64,000 bases of DNA, taken from Candidatus Zipacnadia bacterium (GTDB lineage: Bacteria; Armatimonadota; Zipacnadia; Zipacnadales; Zipacnadaceae). The notes beneath the pieces are model-generated. The model had not been told where the DNA came from and did no database searches. It saw nothing but the letters and a program-made list of their open reading frames with translations. Of the stretch, positions 56,510 through 64,000 are shown piece after piece (the stretch's first letter is position 1; the number at the start of each line of letters is the position of its first letter). Location of the stretch: contig JALGTU010000001.1 in the NCBI GenBank assembly GCA_029821195.1, positions 8,707-72,706 of the forward strand. The letters are read 5' to 3'. The translations under genes and the position numbers were made by a program.

Positions 56510-57708
56510 CGCTGTTTGAAGGCGTGCGCTCGGCCCTGACCAGCCTGCTTGCTAACAAGCTGCGCTCATTTCTGACTATGTTGGGCGTGATCATCGGCGT
56601 GGCTGCGGTCATCGTGGTCGTGGCCATCGGCGAGGGGCTCAAGGCAGACGTGATGCAGCGCATTCAAGGATTGGGCACCAACCTGCTCATGATCTCGCCA
56701 TCCAGCCGCAGTGGGCGACACGGCCCGGTAGTCCGCCGGGGCCGACTGACCGACGATGACTGGGAAGCGATAGAATCAAAGGTTACCAATGTCTCGGCAA
56801 TTGCGCCCATCGTCCAGGGCAGTGTCACGGTCAAGTATCGCAACCGCACCCACGCCAGCCGCGTGCTGGGCAGCACACCCGATATTATGACGACCCAGAA
56901 TCTGACACTCGCCGCCGGCCGGTTCTTCACCACGAGCGAAGAGCGCTCACGCGCGCGCGTGGTGGTGCTGGGCAGCACGGTGGTGGAGGAGATCTTCTAC
57001 GGCCGCGTCTTGCTCGAGGAAACCGTCCGCATCAAGGGGGTGCCGTTCCGGGTGATCGGCGTTTTCGAGGAAAAAGGTGGCTCCTGGGGAAGTCCCGATG
57101 ATCAGGTTTACGTCCCCCTCAGCACCGCCCGCCAACGGCTCCTGGGCCGCAGCACCCTGTCCACAATTTACGTCTCCGCCGCCAGCACCAAGGTTGTTGC
57201 AGAAGTCGAAGAGTCGCTTACCCAGGTCCTGCGCCGCCAGCACCGCGTTCGCAACGAAGAGGACGACTTCCGGATCAGGTCCCAGGAGGAAATCCTGACC
57301 ACCATGTCTGAGACCAGCGCTATGCTCACGCGCTTCCTCGCCGGCATTGCCCTGGTTTCGCTGCTGGTGGGCGGTGTGGGCATTATGAATATCATGCTCG
57401 TCTCGGTGGCCGAGCGCACCCGCGAGATCGGCATCCGCAAGGCTGTCGGTGCCCGCCGCCGTGACATCCAGACCCAGTTCCTGATCGAGTCCACCGCACT
57501 CAGCGTCATCGGCGGCATCATCGGTGGTATCATCGGTATTGGCATATCAAAGTTGGTAGGCAGCGCCCTGGGCTGGACAACTGTCGTACCGCTCTGGGCG
57601 ATTCTGGTTGCCTTCCTGTTCGCCGCAGCAGTGGGCGTCTTCTTCGGCTACTACCCCTCGCGCAAAGCCGCCCTGCTCGACCCCATCGAATGCCTGCGCT
57701 ACGAGTAG
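56506..57708 (+). CDS. ABC transporter permease, MacB/FtsX type.
   Basis: Four TM helices with a large periplasmic loop and an FtsX C-terminal domain. Overlaps the ATPase gene by 4 nt. Confidence 0.85.
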   Translation: MTLFEGVRSALTSLLANKLRSFLTMLGVIIGVAAVIVVVAIGEGLKADVMQRIQGLGTNLLMISPSSRSGRHGPVVRRGRLTDDDWEAIESKVTNVSAIAPIVQGSVTVKYRNRTHASRVLGSTPDIMTTQNLTLAAGRFFTTSEERSRARVVVLGSTVVEEIFYGRVLLEETVRIKGVPFRVIGVFEEKGGSWGSPDDQVYVPLSTARQRLLGRSTLSTIYVSAASTKVVAEVEESLTQVLRRQHRVRNEEDDFRIRSQEEILTTMSETSAMLTRFLAGIALVSLLVGGVGIMNIMLVSVAERTREIGIRKAVGARRRDIQTQFLIESTALSVIGGIIGGIIGIGISKLVGSALGWTTVVPLWAILVAFLFAAAVGVFFGYYPSRKAALLDPIECLRYE

Positions 57709-57745
57709 CAAGCAATGGCGGCAAGCCACAGTCCACACAACGGGC

Positions 57746-60703
57746 TTATTCCGCGTAGACCTCCACTTCGTAGATGATAGCTGTGGCCCAATTCACATCT
57801 AGCCTGGTCGTGAGGATGCGCAAAGAGTTGGCCTTCACCGTGTCAAACGTGGCAGTGATCGGCGCTAGAGGTTTGGTGCTCGGCTCAGCCTCGGCCACCG
57901 TTACCCATTCGTCTTCGCCGCCACCGGGAACCTGGATCTGGCAGCCGAAAATGTTGTGGGTATAGATGACCACGCGGCTAAATTCAATCTGCTCCGGCCA
58001 GATGAGCTGCAGCCATTCGCCCGGCCCAGACTTGCTTGCCTCCCAGCGCATCCGCGAGGTGATGCCGTCCACCACGGCATGGGGCTCAGGCTCGGGACGG
58101 TGCCCTCTGTCCTCCATGCACTCCCCCGAGGAGACGACCACCTGCACGCCGCTGTCGGCAGAAGCCAGATTGCCGGGCTTCTTCTGGGGAAGATTGGCCT
58201 GGGCAATTCTGGCCTGCGTCGCTGCCAGGCTTTCGCGCTCGGCCAGTCCGGCATCGGTGGTGTAGATGTGCGTGGCGTAGATATCGAATATGTCAGTAAA
58301 CTGGCCGCCCTTCAGGCTGACCTCACGGCCTTCAGACACCACATACAGCGTGTCCGGCACCTCTTTGACTTTGAAGGTAACCTCCTGCGGCTCGGTGGCA
58401 GTGCTTGTTACAATGAGGTAGACATGGCCGCCGGCGCGGCGCAATGCCGCATGAATGTGCCCGGGCTGGGCGGCCTCGAAGCTGACTGCCTCCAGCTCGT
58501 CCGGTGCTAGGATTGCCCCCTTGAGGTCCCGGGCTTCGCGTGACAAGAACGGCATGCCGATATTCAGTTCGGGGTAGGTGTAGAACTGCTCGTGGGCGTA
58601 GGTGTACCAAAGGAAGCCTCTGGCCCCGTGTGTGACGGCCTGGTACATCATGTTGCGCAGCTCCACGAGGTTGGCAATGCGGCCGCTGACGCCAGGGTCA
58701 CGCAAGCAGAAGGCCATCGGCGTGACCCAGGCCGGCTTGCGGCCACCCGTGGCACCCTTGACTGCGTCCATCATCCGGGCCACTCTCTCAATTGGGTACC
58801 GGGCCAGACCACCAGGTACGAACGAGGGATAGGTGTCGGGCATCTTGATGTCGCAGCCCGCGGCGTACTTGTAGATGCCGCTGATGTGGTTGTCCAGCAC
58901 AATGCACGGATGATACGGGTCAACATCACGTATCACCTCGTAGATCTGCTCAACCCGCTGGGGGAGCGTGTCTTTGTTCGCCGGCTCATCATACAAATAC
59001 CAGGCCAGCACCGCCGGATGGTCCATCAGTTCCTCCACCCGTTTCCGCAGCAGCTCGCGCTCCTCATCGTTCAGTAGCCGCTGGTTTACCTCCTTGCCCC
59101 GGTTCTTGAACTCCGGACAGAACGGACTAAAGGCTCCGTACAGCCCCTTTTCCGCCCATGAATCCAGCCGGGGGCGCACATTACGGGTTGGACGCAACTC
59201 CATAGTGTAGCTCTGCAGCGCGGTGTAAGCATTAGCCGGATCGTAGTCGCGCACCGCGAAGCTAAACCAGCCGAATGGCAGGAACGGCTCACCGTTGTGC
59301 AGCAATACGTTGTTCTCATCTACGCGCCATTCATGCCCATTGGGTGCCGGCGGGAGCTTGCGCAGCCGCTTCTGGGTGCTGTACAGCCGTGCCCCGGCTC
59401 GATCGTGAAGCACGACCTGGAGCTCGTAGTCGCCCACCGGGAGGTCCTTGGCGGGGAGTGTCATCTTGACCTCGCAAGCAGCTCGGACCGTCATTGATGG
59501 CGGAGCCAACAGGCCCGGAGGGGTGTCCCGATTATCTCCCCAGAGCGTAGCCCTCAACTGCATCCCCGCCAGCTCGGCCTCGCTCAAGCTCGGCGTGGTC
59601 ACCGTGAACTGAATTTGCTCAAGCTGTTCAGTGGCGTAGATGCTGTCGCGGTAGTACGGCCGCGTAATATCAATCGCCAGCGGGGTGTACTCCAGTAGTA
59701 TAGGCATCTCCGCGACGTAGCGGACCTTCTCGCGGTTCGCCTGGTCTACCAGGCGCAGACGCAAGGTCTGCGCGCCCGGCTCCCGCACCCGCACCTCGAA
59801 GCCGACCTCCTGACCCTCTCCCGGCCCCAGGCTGATATTGACCCGCTTGCCCGCAGTGCTCTGCAGCCCCGCGATCAACTCTGGGCGCAACTGCACCTGC
59901 CCGGGCCGGCCGGTGCGATTCCTGATGTAAATCCGGGCGCCGTAGATCAGCCCGTCCTTTCCCCTGCGTAGCATCACGTCAGAGGGTTTGCGGACTTCCC
60001 ACATATCGGGGTCCAGGCCAGCGCCGGGGAGTTTGAGAGTGGCGAACTGGGCGAGGCGGTGAAGTCCACCCTTACCCTCGGTCAAGATAAAGCTCGACAG
60101 CTCCTCCTTGCCGGTCCTGCGCACACGTGCTACGTTCAGCGCCCACTCGCCACGTGAGCCTGCTGTCCATCCCAGTTCGACCAGAGGAATGGCCAGTTCG
60201 ACCGTCCACGCCTCTTCGTTGCGCGCGGTTGCCGTCTGCACGTTGCAGTCCCAGGCAGTACCCTCGCCGCCCGGGCCAGACCGCGCGTCATACACTGTGC
60301 CACGGGCGTTGACTATGAAGTGGTAATACCCGGTGCGCTCGCCAGTAGGATCAACCGCTATTTCGACGCAGTCGTCCCACCACAGCTTGTCGTCGCGCTT
60401 GGTGAAAAAAGCGACCAGTCTACTCATATTCGGCTCGAGACACGACACGGCGAAGTAGACGTTCGTCCCGTCCAAGGCGACCTGGAACCGCGTCTGGGCT
60501 TCGGGCCGCTTCAGGCCCTCTCCGAGTAGCGTGAAGTCGGTATACCATTCCCCCTTCTTCCAGACTGCATCATCCAGCTTGCCGTCCAGGATCGGCGCCA
60601 CTGCCGTTTCCGTGGCAACAACCATCAGGGGCTGGGCTAAAGCGGGCACGGCTATCGTGATAAGCACAACAGCCAATACCAGAGCTGAGAGATGCTCGAG
60701 CAT
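57746..60703 (-). CDS. Large secreted multidomain protein: CBM9-like N-domain, central TIM-barrel glycoside-hydrolase-like domain (DEP motif), C-terminal F5/8-type-C (discoidin) domain.
   Basis: Signal peptide. APILDGKLDDAVWKKGEWYTDF... is CBM9/DOMON-like. ...VLAWYLYDEP... is the barrel motif. The C-terminus is discoidin-like. Confidence 0.7.
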   Translation of the reverse strand: MLEHLSALVLAVVLITIAVPALAQPLMVVATETAVAPILDGKLDDAVWKKGEWYTDFTLLGEGLKRPEAQTRFQVALDGTNVYFAVSCLEPNMSRLVAFFTKRDDKLWWDDCVEIAVDPTGERTGYYHFIVNARGTVYDARSGPGGEGTAWDCNVQTATARNEEAWTVELAIPLVELGWTAGSRGEWALNVARVRRTGKEELSSFILTEGKGGLHRLAQFATLKLPGAGLDPDMWEVRKPSDVMLRRGKDGLIYGARIYIRNRTGRPGQVQLRPELIAGLQSTAGKRVNISLGPGEGQEVGFEVRVREPGAQTLRLRLVDQANREKVRYVAEMPILLEYTPLAIDITRPYYRDSIYATEQLEQIQFTVTTPSLSEAELAGMQLRATLWGDNRDTPPGLLAPPSMTVRAACEVKMTLPAKDLPVGDYELQVVLHDRAGARLYSTQKRLRKLPPAPNGHEWRVDENNVLLHNGEPFLPFGWFSFAVRDYDPANAYTALQSYTMELRPTRNVRPRLDSWAEKGLYGAFSPFCPEFKNRGKEVNQRLLNDEERELLRKRVEELMDHPAVLAWYLYDEPANKDTLPQRVEQIYEVIRDVDPYHPCIVLDNHISGIYKYAAGCDIKMPDTYPSFVPGGLARYPIERVARMMDAVKGATGGRKPAWVTPMAFCLRDPGVSGRIANLVELRNMMYQAVTHGARGFLWYTYAHEQFYTYPELNIGMPFLSREARDLKGAILAPDELEAVSFEAAQPGHIHAALRRAGGHVYLIVTSTATEPQEVTFKVKEVPDTLYVVSEGREVSLKGGQFTDIFDIYATHIYTTDAGLAERESLAATQARIAQANLPQKKPGNLASADSGVQVVVSSGECMEDRGHRPEPEPHAVVDGITSRMRWEASKSGPGEWLQLIWPEQIEFSRVVIYTHNIFGCQIQVPGGGEDEWVTVAEAEPSTKPLAPITATFDTVKANSLRILTTRLDVNWATAIIYEVEVYAE

Positions 60704-60835
60704 AACAAGTACCTCCTACGTTGATGGGGTTAGCTGCGTCGCTGTTGCGTTCATCAAAGTCGCCTGGCGCACCTACCCACGGGCTGGCCCGCTATGTGCA
60801 GGCCGAAGCTATTTCAGGATCAGCTCCGGCCCGAT

Positions 60836-61132
60836 CTACTCCCTGCCGCCGTGCTCGCGCAGCACCCTCGCCATTTCGTCCTGGCCCCTTTGGACCGCCC
60901 AATACAGTGGCCTGATACCTGCATTGCTCCTGGCGTTCGGGTCGGCTCCGCGCTCCAGCAGAAGCCTGGCCATTTCAGTATCCCCACGCCCGACGGCAAT
61001 GGCCCAGCGGCACGTGCTTTTGCGGGAGGCGCAGGTTTCCCCAGCCTCCCGATCGACTCTGTCGAGGTCAGCTATTCGGCCTCGATCGCCCCGGGCAACC
61101 TGTGCTTGTTTTCTTCCCACCAGGCCTGCCAC
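60836..61132 (-). CDS. Short ankyrin-repeat ORF (about two ANK repeats). Possibly a remnant; its ATG overlaps the upstream gene by 61 nt.
   Basis: ...AIAVGRGDTEMARLLLERGADPNARSNAGIRPLYWAVQRGQDEMARVLREHGG fits the ANK consensus. There is no alternative in-frame start downstream of the upstream stop. Confidence 0.3.
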   Translation of the reverse strand: MAGLVGRKQAQVARGDRGRIADLDRVDREAGETCASRKSTCRWAIAVGRGDTEMARLLLERGADPNARSNAGIRPLYWAVQRGQDEMARVLREHGGRE

Positions 61133-62880
61133 TGCTCCGGGGAGTTATGGAAGTCCTCCCCGGTGAGTTTTCTCAGTGCCCTCGTGGCTTGCACGAGCAC
61201 ACTGGACAGATCGGTATCGCTCGCCAGGCGTACCAGTGGCCCTACGGCCCGCGGATCACCTATGTAGCCCAGGCCAGTGGCGGCCAGCTCGCGGGCAACA
61301 TGCGGAGACTGGAGATTCTCGGGGATCTCATCCGATAGAGTCGCTATCAGTGCCGGCACAGCAGGTGTGCCTATCTGTATCAACTCCCACATGGCCTGAT
61401 CCCGATCAATCCAGACGACGTGAGCCTTCATCTTGGCAATGAGTTCGCCGATTCTCTCGCGGTCACCGAGGCCGCTGACTGACAGCACCGGCGCCGGCGG
61501 CTCGCGCCACTTGTCATCCTTCGCCCTGTCCAATCCGTGCGCCGTGCCCTCCCATTCCCTGGTCACGAAGCGACCATCACCATCCAGTGCATAGAGTAGC
61601 TTAGCCCGGCGCGACGGATTATTGTACTGGTTCCAGCCTCCACTCCAGGCCCGACGACGCCAGAGCAGGCGTATTGGTTTGATCTGGTAAATCCGACGCC
61701 ATTTGTATCGGTATTCAAACTCCGGCGAGGCATTCTCAGCGGCCCCCTGGAGTATGACCATCGGGCCGTTGCCGGGATAGTCCCTGACTACGGCCGCGTA
61801 GGGACCTAGCTGGTCGCCGTCGAGCGCGGCTGGAGGGAGGACCACCCGCCCATCGTCCCAGCTCTGGCCGCCATCGCTGCTGTGCCATTGCAGTAATTCA
61901 CCAGCAAGGGTCGTGAAGCCCACCACGTTCACACCGTCAGGGGTGTACAGCCCCTGGTTGCCCGGCCTGGGACCCTCCTCGCCTGGCGATCGGTCAATGG
62001 TCAGCACGCGCGCTCCCACCTGCAACAGGTACTGGCTCCTCTGGCAATCGTTAGCGTCGAGCGCCAGCCGGTTCGTAGTGGTGCCCAGATCCACCCCGTT
62101 CATGGCGATTAGATGACGTGTCGTCGGATTGTATTTGACCGTGTAGGGCGTCAGCGTCCGGCCCTCGGCATACGTGCCTCCCTTCATGTGGCTTCCCGAG
62201 TTGGTGAGCGCGCAGTAAACGAGATCCTCGGTGGCATCGTATATAAATGCCCGCTGGTATGCTGCCGTGAGGTATTCTTCATCAGGGTAAGCGCGAAAAC
62301 TGACCAGTTGCGTTCCCTCGTCCCAGGTGCTGCCGTTGTCGGTGCTGCGGTAGACAAAGGTGACGCCGTGTCCGCCGCCCAGGCTGCGGCGGGCGAACAC
62401 CAGGATATCGCCGTTGCCCACCTCGACGGGGTGGGGATATGTCGATCTCGCGCCGATTTCCTTGCCCAGCCGCCAGCGCGTGATGTCCTCCGGGTAGAGG
62501 CTGCGAGCGTACTTTATCGGGTCAACGTGACAGCCGTAGAAGAGGTGCAGGTAGCCATCCCGGGTCACCAGGATTTCCGGGTTATTGTGCCCATCGTCGT
62601 AGCGACAGTCGTCCACCGCCACCGGTTCGGCCCACTGGCGGGTATCATGGTCGTAGTATGTGACCTTCGCGGAGTAGCCATCAGTACTCCGGTACGTCAC
62701 GTAGGTCCGGTTGTACCTGCCTGAATGGAACTGCGCCTGCGAGGGCGGATTGTTCGGCGACAGCGTGCCGCGCAGGGAATCATCGGCGAAATAGATCTCT
62801 TCGCCGGCATAGGCCGCCGTTAGCATAGTCAGCACCCCAAGTAGGACCGCTGCGTACTTGACTACTGCGTCGCTGTTCAT
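61072..62880 (-). CDS. Secreted BNR-repeat beta-propeller-like protein (BNR_4-like) with C-terminal HEAT / PBS-lyase-like repeats.
   Basis: Signal peptide, Asp-boxes STDNGSTW and SSDGGQSW, and C-terminal HEAT-like repeats. Confidence 0.7.
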   Translation of the reverse strand: MNSDAVVKYAAVLLGVLTMLTAAYAGEEIYFADDSLRGTLSPNNPPSQAQFHSGRYNRTYVTYRSTDGYSAKVTYYDHDTRQWAEPVAVDDCRYDDGHNNPEILVTRDGYLHLFYGCHVDPIKYARSLYPEDITRWRLGKEIGARSTYPHPVEVGNGDILVFARRSLGGGHGVTFVYRSTDNGSTWDEGTQLVSFRAYPDEEYLTAAYQRAFIYDATEDLVYCALTNSGSHMKGGTYAEGRTLTPYTVKYNPTTRHLIAMNGVDLGTTTNRLALDANDCQRSQYLLQVGARVLTIDRSPGEEGPRPGNQGLYTPDGVNVVGFTTLAGELLQWHSSDGGQSWDDGRVVLPPAALDGDQLGPYAAVVRDYPGNGPMVILQGAAENASPEFEYRYKWRRIYQIKPIRLLWRRRAWSGGWNQYNNPSRRAKLLYALDGDGRFVTREWEGTAHGLDRAKDDKWREPPAPVLSVSGLGDRERIGELIAKMKAHVVWIDRDQAMWELIQIGTPAVPALIATLSDEIPENLQSPHVARELAATGLGYIGDPRAVGPLVRLASDTDLSSVLVQATRALRKLTGEDFHNSPEQWQAWWEENKHRLPGAIEAE

Positions 62881-63079
62881 TGCGGGCTATTCCTCCCTCG
62901 TTCGACTTGGCTTGGGATATTCGTTACCAACTGGCACTCGGCGCCGAGTGCATCGAGCCGCTTGGCCTCGCCCGCCGCGCCTGGGGCGATCGGCCAGAGA
63001 CATAAACTGCCCTCGCACCTTAATCGGGGCTACCACCGTGGATGAGCAGAAACCGGCAGAGCCGCTATCGGTGGCGAGC

Positions 63080-63104
63080 GGCCAGGGGCCGTCGGCCCCT
63101 GGCC
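63080..63104. other. Perfect GC-rich hairpin: 11-bp stem GGCCAGGGGCC, loop GTC (13 bp if flanking GC/GC at 63078..63106 is included).
   Basis: Read directly. Lies ~90 nt downstream of the minus-strand DUF1559 gene stop. No U-tract on either strand. Confidence 0.4.
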
Positions 63105-63194
63105 GCTTCGATCACTGTTCCAAGATGACAGCCCACACCGGCAAGACTCAGCCGCGCAAAGGCAACCCTCGATACCGTCGCGTCGCCCCGTCCT

Positions 63195-64000
63195 CTACGG
63201 GCAGTATCCCCCGCCCGGCGGCGCGCCCAGCGCAATCTCTCGCAACTCTTTCGTGTTGGGCCCGAGGTCCCACCAGGTAGTATCTGGGTCGCAGTTCTGA
63301 AGACCTGAGCCTCGTTTGACCCAGTCGGCGTGCCCATCACACCAGGCTATGTTCATCCCATCGCTATGACGGAAAGAAAAAAAGCCATTTCCATTGCCGC
63401 GCGCGTCGTCTAGTCCGGTACAATTCATCTTATTGTCCCAGCTTCGGTGCTGACTAGTCACGCCCTTGTAGTATTGAGTTTCGCACAGTAGCACTGTTTG
63501 GGCAGGGGCTTCTACCCAGGTCTCGTTGGCTACCCAGTACTTGTAGGCCGAGCCCCCCTCAGGCCACTTGCAGCGCGCGGCGAAGGTCAGACCGCCATAG
63601 GGCTCCACCTTCGTAGGGTTCTCAGGGTGCGTAGGCCACGCCAGAAGCCTATCCAGGTAGTTCGAAAAGTAGTTCATATTGAACGGGGCGTAGCGGTAAC
63701 ACCATTTGTCAGTGGGATCGTAACAGTGGCTCTCTGAGCACTGAAACGCCGCCAAGTCGCTGATGTACTCGGGCCATAGCTTGTCGGTGTATCGGTGATA
63801 GGGATAGTATCCCTTGTAGTCGCTGAGGTAGATCATCATGGCCGTGGCGGTGTTCTTAATGTTACTGAGGCACTGGGTCTGGTAGGCCTTGGCCCGCGCC
63901 CGGGCGAACACCGGAAACAGAATCGCCGCCAGGATGGCGATGATCGCTATCACCACCAGCAACTCAATGAGAGTAAAACCACGCCTCTTAACATTCGTCA
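63195..64000 (-). CDS. Second prepilin-type H-X9-DG (DUF1559) protein. Its 5' end runs past the window end.
   Basis: rc of the window end reads ...[27 protein letters not shown]. The C-terminus has [14 protein letters not shown] (H-x9-DG). Confidence 0.85.
   Translation of the reverse strand, partial: TNVKRRGFTLIELLVVIAIIAILAAILFPVFARARAKAYQTQCLSNIKNTATAMMIYLSDYKGYYPYHRYTDKLWPEYISDLAAFQCSESHCYDPTDKWCYRYAPFNMNYFSNYLDRLLAWPTHPENPTKVEPYGGLTFAARCKWPEGGSAYKYWVANETWVEAPAQTVLLCETQYYKGVTSQHRSWDNKMNCTGLDDARGNGNGFFSFRHSDGMNIAWCDGHADWVKRGSGLQNCDPDTTWWDLGPNTKELREIALGAPPGGGYCP

Noticed and set aside
1-64000. Searched for CRISPR arrays, integrase/transposase/recombinase genes, restriction-modification, toxin-antitoxin and reverse-transcriptase signatures.
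   Set aside because: No regularly spaced direct repeats, no DDE/tyrosine-recombinase or HEPN/PIN-like ORFs, and no RT motifs were found. The window appears to be core chromosome.

Overview
High-GC (~65%) bacterial chromosomal window, densely packed with mostly housekeeping genes on both strands. It contains no CRISPR array, no integrase or transposase, and no defence island.

The gene content points to a diderm 'Terrabacteria-like' lineage, possibly Armatimonadota or a relative (inference). The evidence:
- lpxC and a secretin are present.
- Three prepilin-type H-X9-DG (DUF1559) proteins are present.
- The alaS-ruvX-mltG-yqeG-aroE gene order is Firmicutes-like.
- A sigma-B-type partner-switching module and a T-box riboswitch are present.

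Identifiable genes:
- Fatty-acid, translation and replication housekeeping: accC (partial), efp, tRNA-Pro(CGG), rarA, secG, lpxC.
- Sigma-B partner-switching module: rsbV-, rsbW- and sigB-like genes.
- The alaS-ruvX-mltG-yqeG-aroE block.
- A small cell-envelope glycan locus: GT4, ROK kinase, and a polytopic-membrane::GT26 fusion.
- leuB, hisG, and a two-subunit class I fumarase.
- A T-box-controlled ilvD-ilvB operon, plus pepT-like and glnA.
- Two tandem phosphohexomutases.
- A TolC / long-MFP / split-MacB efflux set.
- Several large secreted glycoside-hydrolase-like proteins carrying discoidin, CBM9 or BNR domains.

The most unusual items:
1. An accB homologue lacking the biotinyl-lysine, with a prepilin-like gene inserted between it and accC.
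2. A secreted protein with three Met/Gly-rich repeat modules.
3. A secretin gene bracketed by direct repeats derived from the 3' end of the adjacent E1 dehydrogenase gene, one copy being a pseudogene stump.
4. A paralogous phosphohexomutase lacking the catalytic Ser.
5. A well-formed T-box leader, candidate Val specifier, in front of ilvD.

Several near-consensus sigma70 promoters of the form TTGACA/TTGCAC-N17/18-TATACT are visible. Many long ORFs in the six-frame track are antisense GC-skew artefacts and were rejected.
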